Below are positions 1 through 9,800 of a stretch of 64,000 nt of DNA, piece after piece (position 1 is the first letter of the stretch; every line of letters begins with the position of its first letter). The stretch spans positions 672,001 to 736,000 of the forward strand of contig CAXXGO010000003.1 in assembly GCA_963666835.2 (NCBI GenBank). The letters run 5' to 3'. The notes beneath the pieces are model-generated. The model was not told the origin of the DNA and made no database searches. It was given only the letters and a program-made list of their open reading frames with translations. The position numbers and the translations under genes are program-made. The stretch is from Phycisphaerae bacterium. GTDB lineage: Bacteria > Planctomycetota > Phycisphaerae > UBA1845.

Positions 1-2
1 GC

Positions 3-1205
3 GGCAACAGTATCTCGAACAACAACTCCGGCTATGTCGGGATCGGCACTTTGAGTCCGAACTTCGATCTGCACGTCTACCGGGATGGGTTCACTGCCGG
101 CCTGGTTCCTCCGGCTCGGCTCGGAGTCCAGCGGTTTCTCGGCGTCATGCCTCCGGGTGTGAGCCTCAACGACTGGTTTACCGTTGAGGTCGGCGGCGAG
201 CTGATCGGGCCGGCTCCCGGCACGAGACTGGTCCGCGAATCAGGCACCTCGCTTAGTTTCCAAACCGAAGACACTGTCAATTCCGCCGTGCGCTCCACTC
301 AAATGACCTTGGACGCCGAGGGAAAGCTGGGGATTGGAACTACCACCCCCATCGCCCTGGTCGAGACCATATCGGAAGCCCGCGTACATGGATTCCGCGC
401 AACCACTGACGGCATTCCGGTGACGGGCATTCGCACTTCGACGACCGGAACCTGGCCGGCTATTCACGGCGAGAGTGCTTCGGCCGGCGACAACGCCACC
501 GGCATACGCGGTTACATCACGAGTACGTCCCCGGGAACCGGATCAGCGGGTGTACTGGGCCACAACTACGGCACTACCATGAGCGGCTACGGAGTGAAAG
601 GGAGCCACGCCGGCTATGGAACCGGCGTGTATGGCGTTTCCGTCGGAGGTGCCGGCGTATACGGTGAATCCACCAACACCACCGGGGTGTACGGGAAGTC
701 CACCAACGGCCACGGGGTCTACGGCGAATCTGCCAACGGGTACGCCGGCTATTTTCCCGGAACGGTCTCCGTGAAGGTCCTGGAGATTACCGGGGCGGAC
801 TTGGCCGAGAAGTTCCCCGTAAGCGAAGAAGTCAAGCCCGGCGTGGTCGTAGCCATCGACCCGAAACACCCGGGCCAACTCTGCCTGGCCCGAGGCGCCT
901 ACAACCGGCGAGTAGCCGGCGTCGTCAGCGGGGCCGGCGGCATCTCCGCCGGCACGGTTCTTGGGAACATGCCCGGCTTCGAAGAAGCTCCGCCCATAGC
1001 GCTCAGCGGCCGGGTCTGGGTCTTCTGCGATGCGACGGCCGGAGCGATCGAGCCCGGCGACCTTCTTACAACTTCCGATACGCCGGGCCACGCAATGGCG
1101 GTCACTGACCACGCCTGCGCAACCGGTGCAATCCTCGGCAAAGCTATGACCGCGCTGGACGAGGGTGAGATCGACATGGTCCTGGTCCTGGTCAACCTTC
1201 AGTAG
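3..1205 (+). CDS. 5'-partial tail-fibre-like secreted protein with GxGVYG repeats and a C-terminal intramolecular-chaperone-like (peptidase G2/IMC-type) domain
   Basis: Frame is open from base 3 (GNSISNNNSGYVGIGT), so the gene starts upstream of the window. It has GIGT motifs, GVYG-x-S repeats and a C-terminal GADLAEKF...GRVWV...GDLLTTS...GKAM domain. Confidence 0.65.
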   Translation, partial: GNSISNNNSGYVGIGTLSPNFDLHVYRDGFTAGLVPPARLGVQRFLGVMPPGVSLNDWFTVEVGGELIGPAPGTRLVRESGTSLSFQTEDTVNSAVRSTQMTLDAEGKLGIGTTTPIALVETISEARVHGFRATTDGIPVTGIRTSTTGTWPAIHGESASAGDNATGIRGYITSTSPGTGSAGVLGHNYGTTMSGYGVKGSHAGYGTGVYGVSVGGAGVYGESTNTTGVYGKSTNGHGVYGESANGYAGYFPGTVSVKVLEITGADLAEKFPVSEEVKPGVVVAIDPKHPGQLCLARGAYNRRVAGVVSGAGGISAGTVLGNMPGFEEAPPIALSGRVWVFCDATAGAIEPGDLLTTSDTPGHAMAVTDHACATGAILGKAMTALDEGEIDMVLVLVNLQ

Positions 1206-1235
1206 GAGGCGTCCGGCTCTTTGGAGGATATCGCT

Positions 1236-2867
1236 ATGAACACCAGCAGAATACGCCGCCCGGCCCTTCTCCTGCTTGCAGCCGGAACAATGCTGATGTC
1301 GACTCCGGTCGCGGTTGGGGAGCAACAGTCATCAGAGAAGATCGTCTACGAAGCCTATGCCGAGACCGTGCCACTCGATCCGGACACGGTCGCCCCACCT
1401 GCCATCGTGCCCTCGAGCTCTCAGTTCGCGGATGCATTTCAGGAGGGGATCAACATCTATGAACTAAGCGCGGTGACGCCCGAACGCATCACCGAAGCCG
1501 ATCTTTCGGCAAGGCAGAGGTTCGGGAACATCCACCCGGGTCCGCGCCGGGTGGGCATCGTTCGCAAGATCGAGCCGGTACCACTCAGCGGGGAATCTTC
1601 CTTGCCGACGAAACTCGAGAATGGGAAATCGGTTTGGACGCAGGCGATCCGATCACCGGGGGCACTGGGAATCCGGCTGCACTTCGCCAACTTCGATGTC
1701 GGCACCGGATCGTTGCTCGTCTACGCCCGCACAACAGGCGGATTGGTCACGCTAGACCCGTTTTCCGAACAGGGGCCCCAACGGAAACGTGACTTTTGGA
1801 CGGCATCCCTACCCGGCGATACGGTGTTCATCGAGGTAATGGGCGCCAATGAACCACGGTTCGAAATTGCCGAGATAGTTCACTTCGACCGCGATCCCAC
1901 CGGCTTTCAGGAAGACCGGACTGAGGACAATGAGGCCGTCCTCAATTGCCACCTCGACGTCATGTGCTACGGAGAGCCGCCGGTCGACGCCACGGCGCGC
2001 AAGGCCACGGGGAAGATGAACTTCGCCAGCGGCGGCGAATCGTACGTATGCACCGGGACGCTATTGAGCGATCACGACAGCGAGACGCGCGTGCCGCACT
2101 TCCTGACCGCCGCCCACTGTGTCTCGACTCAGGCCGAAGTCGATACACTGATGGTGACTTGGCTCTGGCAGAAGGACTCCTGCAACGGCACGCTTCCGGA
2201 TCCGGCGACGCTGCCCACCAACGTCGGCGGCACGCTGCTAACAACGACCGACGAAAACGACATGACGTTCATCCGTCTCGCGGGAGATCTGCCGCCCGGC
2301 ACCGGGCTGGCCGGGTGGACCACCGAAACCGGTCTCGACGAAGCGGTTGGGATTCACCATCCCGGGGGCTCGTGGAAACGTGTCGTGTTCCTGAGCGGCG
2401 TCGGGGCTTGTCCGGGTTGTCTCTGCAAGGACCCAACCGACTTCGATTACTACGACATGGACGATGGACTGGTCGAGGGTGGCGCCAGCGGCTCAGGTGT
2501 TTTCAACTACAGTGGGCAGTTGGCCGGACAACTGTATGGGCGATGTTCGGATACTTCCGACCCCGACGACATGACGTGCAGTAACATCGACAGCTACTGG
2601 GCCGTATATGGCGAGTTCGAGGAGACCCATCCCCTGATCAGCTACTGGCTCAATATCGGCGGGACCATGCACGTGGACCGAAACAACACGACCCCACCTT
2701 GGATCGGTTCCCCGGCCCACCCATTCTTCACGGTTTCGCAGGCGAACAATGCCGCCTGGGATTCCCTGCGGATCAAGATCCACGCGGGTGATTACCCCGA
2801 AACGCTACGGATTGACAAGAATCTGACACTGATAGCCAGCGGCGGCACGGTGCGAATCGGTCAGTGA
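1236..2867 (+). CDS. Secreted trypsin-like serine protease, lysyl endopeptidase (Achromobacter protease I)-like, with propeptide
   Basis: GGAGG RBS before ATG 1236, signal peptide, CTGTLL, LTAAHC (His), ENDMT (Asp), GIHHPGG, EGGASGSG (Ser). Confidence 0.85.
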   Translation: MNTSRIRRPALLLLAAGTMLMSTPVAVGEQQSSEKIVYEAYAETVPLDPDTVAPPAIVPSSSQFADAFQEGINIYELSAVTPERITEADLSARQRFGNIHPGPRRVGIVRKIEPVPLSGESSLPTKLENGKSVWTQAIRSPGALGIRLHFANFDVGTGSLLVYARTTGGLVTLDPFSEQGPQRKRDFWTASLPGDTVFIEVMGANEPRFEIAEIVHFDRDPTGFQEDRTEDNEAVLNCHLDVMCYGEPPVDATARKATGKMNFASGGESYVCTGTLLSDHDSETRVPHFLTAAHCVSTQAEVDTLMVTWLWQKDSCNGTLPDPATLPTNVGGTLLTTTDENDMTFIRLAGDLPPGTGLAGWTTETGLDEAVGIHHPGGSWKRVVFLSGVGACPGCLCKDPTDFDYYDMDDGLVEGGASGSGVFNYSGQLAGQLYGRCSDTSDPDDMTCSNIDSYWAVYGEFEETHPLISYWLNIGGTMHVDRNNTTPPWIGSPAHPFFTVSQANNAAWDSLRIKIHAGDYPETLRIDKNLTLIASGGTVRIGQ

Positions 2868-2928
2868 GACTGACGTACGGCCGCGTCGGCTTCGTCGACG
2901 CGGCAGCGTACGGAAGGAGTTTAAGAGA

Positions 2929-3336
2929 ATGCGCAAAACGAACAACGCTATCCGGCTTGGGCTGCCGCTTCTGCTGGGGGCGGTGGCATCCGCTGACAAC
3001 TTCGAACTCTCCTGGTATTCCGTCGACGGCGGAGGCGAGATGTTCACCACCGGCGGCAAGTACGAGCTGAGCGGCACGATCGGGCAGCCGGACTCTGAGC
3101 TACTGCGCGGCGTTCAGTTCGAGCTAGCAGGTGGCTTCTGGTTTCCCATCCTGCCGGGCGACTGCAACACTGACGTCGGCGTTGACTTGTTTGACTACCG
3201 CGATTCTGAACCATGCCTGTCGGGTCCGGGCGGAGGATTGCCGTTCGCCGACTGCAACTGTTTCGATCTCGACGGGGACGGCGACGTCGACCTATCCGAC
3301 GTAGCCGGTTTCCAGATGAAGTTCACCGGCGGTTAG
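2929..3336 (+). CDS. Small secreted protein (WYSVDGGG...LSGTIGQPD...GGFW domain) with dockerin-like Ca-binding repeats
   Basis: AAGGAG RBS, signal peptide, GDCNTDVGVDLFD and DLDGDGDVDLSD motifs. Confidence 0.75.
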   Translation: MRKTNNAIRLGLPLLLGAVASADNFELSWYSVDGGGEMFTTGGKYELSGTIGQPDSELLRGVQFELAGGFWFPILPGDCNTDVGVDLFDYRDSEPCLSGPGGGLPFADCNCFDLDGDGDVDLSDVAGFQMKFTGG

Positions 3337-3440
3337 CGCCTCGTTGTTCCACACATCTTTGCCGGGCGTGCCGAGCGTATTCGTCCCACTCCGCGGCGGC
3401 CCAATCCGCAGCCTGACAAGCTGCGAACCAGCTTCTTCTT

Positions 3441-3748
3441 CAGGCTGAAAGCCTGCAAGATAGTAGACGGGGGCAAGGTCGCGCAGCGGCCGCCGCCCCC
3501 GGGTGGGGTCCCAACAACCCCAATCACCCTGACAAGGGTGAAAGAGACGGCGTCGATGAACCACGCGTCTGTTCCGGCTGCCCGGCCTCTTTGAGAATGC
3601 GTCGATAGGAATGACGGCCTCGCGAAACACACTAGCTGAGGGCATTTGACCCTTTGCAGGGTCAGCCTGGTTGTGGGGAGCGGGTCCGGGGGCGGCGTCC
3701 GCCGATGGCGGACTTGCCCCCGTCTACTTCATCTGAGCCCTTCGGGCT
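3441..3748. repeat. REP-doublet (REPIN/BIME-like) inverted-repeat element
   Basis: AGTAGACGGGGGCAAG (3462-3477) is the exact reverse complement of 3713-3728. The arms carry matching small hairpins: CAGGCTGAAAGCCTG / AGCCCTTCGGGCT and CACCCTGACAAGGGTG / GACCCTTTGCAGGGTC. Confidence 0.75.
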
Positions 3749-4084
3749 GGGAGAAGCGTGATCGAAAGGCCGACGCCTGCAGTTGTTGGATGCGTCGAAT
3801 GATGTGTAGAACAACGAGAGCCCGCGCCCGGCGAGTCGAGCGAGCGCCAGCGACACTGACATCTACCCTTACCAGCATTTCGCCCTTGTTCCTCGCGTAG
3901 CGCGCGCTGAACGGAACCGCTCACGAGGTACGGTTACTCGCGTCGGACCTCAAGTCCGTCGTAGCCGGACGACAGCGATCGGAATCATCGGCCCCAGCTA
4001 TTGCCGACCTTGCTTCTGCCCACAAGCCGTAGTATAAGGCCGCCGGAGGGCAGGGGTTCACACGATACCAATCTTGGAGGGGTG

Positions 4085-6130
4085 ATGATGTTCTGTAATC
4101 GGTTTACGCTCATTGTCGGGATTGCGCTGGCCGCGGTTCCAGTCGCGGCGCAGACGGTCTTGTTCGTGGACGATGACGCTCCGGCAGGCGGCGATGGAAC
4201 GAGCTGGACAAGCGCGCACCGGCACCTGCAGAACGCTTTGACGGCTGCCGCGTCGATTCCCGGATCAACGAGCATCCGCGTCGCCGAGGGAGTCTACAAG
4301 CCGGATCAGGGAGGGTCCGCAACCATCGGTGATCGCACGGCCTCCTTCGTTATGCTGAATTCCGTGTCACTGCTGGGCGGGTACGCCGGGCTGTCTAATC
4401 CAACCGCTCCCGATACGCGAGACGTCGCGCTGCACACGACCATTCTCAGCGGCGACCTTGCGGGTGACGATGCGGCGTCATTCTCGGGCTACGATGAGAA
4501 CAGCTACCACATCGTCTGGAGTGACGGCAACGACGACACCGCCGTTCTCGAAGGATTCACTCTGATGAGCGGCAACGGCAATGGCGATTTCCCGGACGAC
4601 GCCGGCGGGGCAATGTACGTGCAATACGGCACCCCCAAAGTCACCCAATGCGTATTCACGCGGAACATGGCCGTGTATGGTGGCGCGGTCTACATGGACT
4701 CTGGCAGTCCGATCTTGCAGGAGTGCAGTTTCATCGATAATGGAACGGTCTTCAGCGGCGGCGCCATGTACGCCATATCAGAGAGCCACCCGGAGATGAC
4801 CGACTGTTGCTTCATTGCGAATCGCACCGGCATTACCGGCGAGGGTTCGAGCGGCGGCGCGATGGTAAACGGCTATGACAGCGACCCGCAGCTTACCGAA
4901 TGCCGGTTCGAAGACAACTCCGCGGTTTCCGGTGGTGCGATGCTCAACTACGAAGGCGCCAGTCCTGATCTGACGCAATGTACGTTTGAACGCAACTCAG
5001 GAGGCAACGGCGGGGCCATCTACAACTACCTCAACGCTGATTCTACGTTGACGGACTGTATGTTCTACCGAAACGTGGCGACAGACAACGGGACGATCGT
5101 CTCCTGGGAGAGCATACCGGCACTGACCAATTGCCGTTTCATAGGAAACCGAGCCACTAGTGGCGCGGGCCTATACAACTACTTGAATAGCAACGCCGTG
5201 CTGAAGCACTGTTTGTTCGCACGAAACAGCGCGACAAGTTCAGGTGGTGCCATATACAACAACCAAAGCGCACCTTCGCTGTTCAATTGCGAACTGGCGG
5301 AGAACCAGGCGTCTTACGGTGCGGCAATCCGTAACTACGACGGCTCTGCCGCAACCCTGGCAAGCTGCACGGTAAGCGCAAATGTCGCGACATACTACGG
5401 TGGCGGCCTCAACAACTCGACAAGTCAACCCATTGTCATCGATAGCATTCTCTGGGCGAACATGGACAACGGCGGTGCGAACACCGACGAGAACGCCCAG
5501 GTGTACGGCGAGGTCGGCTCGGTCACGTTCAGTTGCATCCAAGACAACGATCCCGACGACAGCGATATCCCGTTCGGCGGAGCCGCCAATGGCAACATCG
5601 ACGACGACCCGCTGTTTCTGGCCGGGCCGAACGGCGCGCACTATCTGGGCCAAACTCCGGGCCAAACCCAGGACAGCCCGTGCGTCAACACGGGAAGCGA
5701 CACCTCGGAGGCACTCGATCTTGACTCGTTCACAACGAGCAGGAGTGAGGCGGCGGATTCTGGTCAAGTGGATATGGGCTGTCACCACGTGGTCAGAGGC
5801 GACCCGTTCATTTGCGGCGATTTCGATTTGGACGGCGACGTGGATATGGCTGACGTTGCGGGCTTTGTGTGTTGCCTTACTACGTCGTGCGACGCTCCCC
5901 CATGCCGGCCGAGTCTGTACACGAGAGCATCATGCAACGTCGCCGATTTCGACGACGACGGAGACGTCGACCTGGAGGACTTCAACGCAGTGCAGGGCGT
6001 CCTGATCGGACCGACGGCCTCTTCACGCGGCGCGGAAGCGTCAAAGCCGGCAACATCTTCCACTGACAAGCCGGCTTCGCGTACCGGCCCGTCTTGGCCG
6101 GCGCCCCGGAAACCTGCTGCGGTTCGGTAG
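4085..6130 (+). CDS. Secreted right-handed beta-helix (Pmp/pectin-lyase-like GGA-repeat) protein with C-terminal dockerin-like repeats
   Basis: GGAGG RBS before ATG 4085/4088, signal peptide, FVDDDAPAGGDGTSW N-terminal motif, repeated CxFxxNxAxxGGA(I/M)Y units, two DFDxDGDVD motifs. Confidence 0.8.
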   Translation: MMFCNRFTLIVGIALAAVPVAAQTVLFVDDDAPAGGDGTSWTSAHRHLQNALTAAASIPGSTSIRVAEGVYKPDQGGSATIGDRTASFVMLNSVSLLGGYAGLSNPTAPDTRDVALHTTILSGDLAGDDAASFSGYDENSYHIVWSDGNDDTAVLEGFTLMSGNGNGDFPDDAGGAMYVQYGTPKVTQCVFTRNMAVYGGAVYMDSGSPILQECSFIDNGTVFSGGAMYAISESHPEMTDCCFIANRTGITGEGSSGGAMVNGYDSDPQLTECRFEDNSAVSGGAMLNYEGASPDLTQCTFERNSGGNGGAIYNYLNADSTLTDCMFYRNVATDNGTIVSWESIPALTNCRFIGNRATSGAGLYNYLNSNAVLKHCLFARNSATSSGGAIYNNQSAPSLFNCELAENQASYGAAIRNYDGSAATLASCTVSANVATYYGGGLNNSTSQPIVIDSILWANMDNGGANTDENAQVYGEVGSVTFSCIQDNDPDDSDIPFGGAANGNIDDDPLFLAGPNGAHYLGQTPGQTQDSPCVNTGSDTSEALDLDSFTTSRSEAADSGQVDMGCHHVVRGDPFICGDFDLDGDVDMADVAGFVCCLTTSCDAPPCRPSLYTRASCNVADFDDDGDVDLEDFNAVQGVLIGPTASSRGAEASKPATSSTDKPASRTGPSWPAPRKPAAVR

Positions 6131-6237
6131 TTGCGAATACGGAGTCTGCGGAGTGCGCCAACGCGATCATCCGGGGCAACTCCGCCCGGAGAGCCAACCC
6201 TAAGGAACAGAAGGACTCAAACCGGAGGTGGCAGACT

Positions 6238-8631
6238 ATGATCAGGATACTCGTTATCGCGCTGGGCGTCACCCTGGGCGCGGCGGGAGCGCAATCAATC
6301 GGAGCCGAATCCGTCACGGTTTACGAGGACAGTCTCAGTCCCGGTTGGCAGAATTGGTCTTGGGATACGACCGTTGACTTTGACAATGAGACTCCCGTTT
6401 ACGGCACCGCAGGCCGATCGGTGGCGGTGGAGTTGAATACCGCGTGGGCGGGTCTTTACCTCCACACGGACGCCACGCTTAACGCCTCCGAATACGAGAC
6501 GTTGAGTTTCGCAATCTACCACTCAACCGGCGGCGTTGATCTGATACGCGTGGTTGCGTATGACGCAGCCTATGCGGAGGGCGTACCGGTCGAACTTGGC
6601 CCGGTACCCTCCGGTTCGTGGGCGGAAGTGGAGATTCCGGTTGCCTCGTTTGGACTCTCGACGATTAGCGGGCTTGTCTGGCAGGACGTGACCGGGGCGC
6701 CTCAGCCGGTGTTTTACCTCGATGACGTCACGCTCGTCGCGGGCGAATCTCCGCCACCGGGCGACGGGCCCGGCCTGACTGTCGACGGCCATGAGTATCT
6801 CGGCGCGATCAGCCCGCTGATCTACGGGATGAACTCGGCGGCTGAAGACCTCGCAACCGATTTGGACCTGCCGGTTCGCCGACTCGGGGGCAACCACACT
6901 ACGCGGTACAATTGGCTCACCGATACGTCGAACAGAGGCAGCGACTGGTTCTTCGAGAACATCCCGTATGACAATGCCGACCCCGGCGCGCTGCCCGACG
7001 GATCCCACGCGGATCGATTCGTCGAGCAGGATCGCACTACCGGCACCGCCACCATCATCACCCTCCCACTCATCGGGTGGACCCCGAAAGCGCGGGCCAT
7101 CGACTGCGGATTCAGCGTTGCGCTTTACGGTGCGCAGAACGAAGTCGACCCGTACCGTCCCGACTGCGGCAACGGTATCTACCCAGACGACACGCCGGTT
7201 GTCGGCAACGATCCGCTGGACACGAGCAATCCCATTGACCCCACGTTCGTTGAAGATTGGATCGCCCATCTGGTCAGCCGCTACGGAACAGCCGCTGCAG
7301 GCGGTGTACAGTTCTACAATCTCGACAACGAGCCGATGCTCTGGAACAGCACCCACCGCGACGTGCACCCTCAAGCGGTCAGCTACGACGAACTGCGCGA
7401 CCGCACGCTTCAGTACGCCGCAGCCGTCAAGGCCGCCGACCCTACGGCCGCAACGCTGGGTCCGGTGGCATGGGGCTGGTCAGCCTACTTTTATTCCGCG
7501 GCCGACGTCGACGCGGGAGGCGCGTGGTGGGAGACCCGACCCGACCGCATGGCGCACGGCGATGTGCCATTCACTGATTGGTACCTACAGCAGATGGCCG
7601 CCCACGAGCAGACCACCGGAGACCGCCTGTTGGATTACCTCGACCTGCATTTCTACCCACAAGCTTCCGGGGTGGCGCTCGGACCTGCGGGGGACGCCGC
7701 CACGAGGGCCCGGCGTCTTCGTTCGACGCGAGCGCTTTGGGATCCGACGTACGTGGATGAAAGTTGGATCGCCGATTCGGTTTGGCTCTTGCCCCGGATG
7801 CGTGAGTGGGTGGATACCCACTATCCGGGAACGAAGTTGGCGATCACCGAGTACAACTGGGGCGGCCTGGAGCACATCAACGGCGCGTTGACTCAGGCCG
7901 ACGTCCTCGGGATCTTCGGACGCGAGGGGCTCGACCTGGCGACCCTGTGGAGCCCCCCCGCCTATTCGGAGCCCGGAGCCTTCGCCTTCCGAATGTACCG
8001 CAATTACGATGGCAGCGGGTCAAAATTCGGTGAAACGGCGCTCGGCGCGGCCAGCGCGGATCAGGATCAGGTCTCGATCTACGCCGCCCTGTCCTCGGAC
8101 AACGGTATGACCATCATACTGATCAACAAAGCTACAGAGGACCTCACCAGTGCTTTGAGCATAAACAACTTCGCTCCTGCGGGGCTCGCAGCCCGTTACA
8201 GCTACAGCGGCGCCGATCTGAGCCGGATTATCCGCGAAGAGGACCTTAGCATCACGAGCGGCGGTCAGGAAATCGAACTCCCGGCATCCTCGATCACGCT
8301 TCTCGTGGTGCCGCAGCTCGTTGACGGCGGTGACTTCGACGGGGACGGGGACGTCGACCTGACAGACTTCAGCCAGTTCCAGTCCTGTTTCACCGGACCG
8401 GACGGCGGTCCCATCGAGTCCGAGTGCATACCCGGTGACCTCGACGGAGATGATGACGTCGATTGTGACGATTGGGTTCAGTTTGTGGCGGTGTGGTCCG
8501 GACCCAGCGAACCCCCGTCATTGGCCCAGTGCGGATTGGGCGTGCCTACTGCCTCCGAGTGGGGTGTCGTGCTGCTGACGCTGCTCACGCTTACCGCGGG
8601 GACTATGGTATTCCATCGGAATCAAACTTGA
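6238..8631 (+). CDS. Glycoside hydrolase family 44 endoglucanase/xyloglucanase with N-terminal CBM-like domain, dockerin-like repeats and IPTL-CTERM-type anchor
   Basis: GGAGG RBS, ISPLIYGMN, RRLGGNHTTRYNW, LDNEPMLW..THRDVHP (acid/base Glu), DYLDLHFYPQ, LAITEYNWG (nucleophile Glu), C-terminal VPTASEWG plus TM helix. Confidence 0.88.
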   Translation: MIRILVIALGVTLGAAGAQSIGAESVTVYEDSLSPGWQNWSWDTTVDFDNETPVYGTAGRSVAVELNTAWAGLYLHTDATLNASEYETLSFAIYHSTGGVDLIRVVAYDAAYAEGVPVELGPVPSGSWAEVEIPVASFGLSTISGLVWQDVTGAPQPVFYLDDVTLVAGESPPPGDGPGLTVDGHEYLGAISPLIYGMNSAAEDLATDLDLPVRRLGGNHTTRYNWLTDTSNRGSDWFFENIPYDNADPGALPDGSHADRFVEQDRTTGTATIITLPLIGWTPKARAIDCGFSVALYGAQNEVDPYRPDCGNGIYPDDTPVVGNDPLDTSNPIDPTFVEDWIAHLVSRYGTAAAGGVQFYNLDNEPMLWNSTHRDVHPQAVSYDELRDRTLQYAAAVKAADPTAATLGPVAWGWSAYFYSAADVDAGGAWWETRPDRMAHGDVPFTDWYLQQMAAHEQTTGDRLLDYLDLHFYPQASGVALGPAGDAATRARRLRSTRALWDPTYVDESWIADSVWLLPRMREWVDTHYPGTKLAITEYNWGGLEHINGALTQADVLGIFGREGLDLATLWSPPAYSEPGAFAFRMYRNYDGSGSKFGETALGAASADQDQVSIYAALSSDNGMTIILINKATEDLTSALSINNFAPAGLAARYSYSGADLSRIIREEDLSITSGGQEIELPASSITLLVVPQLVDGGDFDGDGDVDLTDFSQFQSCFTGPDGGPIESECIPGDLDGDDDVDCDDWVQFVAVWSGPSEPPSLAQCGLGVPTASEWGVVLLTLLTLTAGTMVFHRNQT

Positions 8632-8886
8632 CCAAGAAGCACACTCGCAAGACATGTTCGCGAAACCACACGCGGACGGACCGGTCAACTTACAACGCGT
8701 CGACCGGGGCTCTGCCCCTCACATTGGTCCACCTGTTGGACAATCCGTCGGCAGCGGATCCAGGTAGGACCGTCATGAACCGGACGCACATCGCACCGGA
8801 AGGTACCGTCAACGACTATCGCACGGTCGCCTAAGCGTCAACTCCGCTTGGACCCCTCGGGACGGATCCAGCGGGCAACGTACTTG

Positions 8887-8916
8887 TTGACATCCTTCGA
8901 AAAAACTCAATATTGC
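8887..8916 (+). promoter_or_regulatory. Possible sigma70 promoter for the ABC ATPase
   Basis: TTGACA-N18-TATTGC in an AT-richer patch ~105 bp upstream of ATG 9021. Confidence 0.3.
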
Positions 8917-9020
8917 ACGCTGGGGTCGACGGCGGGGGGGCGACAGTGGATGAGCCTCTTGTTATGGCCTAAGTGGTCGTCGCAGCAATGATGTTCATCA
9001 TCGGCGTCAGGGGTTGATCG

Positions 9021-9785
9021 ATGGTGGTTGACACGATAACTCAGGAAGCCCACATTACCGTGCGAAACCTGACGATGGCGTATGGGGACTTCGTGATTCA
9101 GCGCGGTTTGAGTTTCAGCGTGGACCGCGGTGACGTGTTTATCATCATGGGCGGAAGTGGCTGCGGGAAGAGCACGCTGATGCGGCACCTCATCGGCCTG
9201 AAGTCCCCGGCCAAGGGAGAGGTCAGGTATGGCGACATGGACTTCTGGGCCGCCGATCTCGATGACCGGCAACGCATGATGCGAAACTTCGGCGTGCTCT
9301 ACCAAAGCGGAGCCCTGTGGAGTTCCATGACCCTGATCGAGAACGTCGGACTCCCGTTGGGCGAGTACACGGCCTTGAGTCCGAGCGATGTTCGGGAAGT
9401 GGCCTCCGTGAAACTCGCCCTGGTCGGTCTCGCGGGTTTTGAGGACTTCTATCCCTCGCAAATCAGCGGGGGCATGCGGAAGCGGGCCGGCCTTGCCCGG
9501 GCGATGGCATTAGACCCGGACATTCTCTTTCTTGACGAACCGTCCGCCGGGCTCGACCCGATCAGCGCCCGGCTGCTCGACGACCTGATTCTTGAACTCC
9601 GCGACAGCCTCGGGGCCACCGTGGTAGTAGTAACGCACGAACTCGCCAGCATATTCGCAATCGGCAACAACTCCGTCTTCCTCGATCCCGACGCCCGCAC
9701 CATGATTGCGGCCGGGAACCCGAGAACCTTGCGTGACGAATCCGAAGATCCGCGAGTCCGCCGTTTTCTCACCCGCGGCGAATAG
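9021..9785 (+). CDS. mlaF: ABC transporter ATP-binding protein, MlaF/Ttg2A family
   Basis: Walker A GGSGCGKS, GVLYQSGALWSSMT, signature ISGGMRKRAGLARA, Walker B FLDEPSAGLDP, VTHEL. Confidence 0.85.
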   Translation: MVVDTITQEAHITVRNLTMAYGDFVIQRGLSFSVDRGDVFIIMGGSGCGKSTLMRHLIGLKSPAKGEVRYGDMDFWAADLDDRQRMMRNFGVLYQSGALWSSMTLIENVGLPLGEYTALSPSDVREVASVKLALVGLAGFEDFYPSQISGGMRKRAGLARAMALDPDILFLDEPSAGLDPISARLLDDLILELRDSLGATVVVVTHELASIFAIGNNSVFLDPDARTMIAAGNPRTLRDESEDPRVRRFLTRGE

Positions 9786-9800
9786 GGTCTGACGCCCGGA

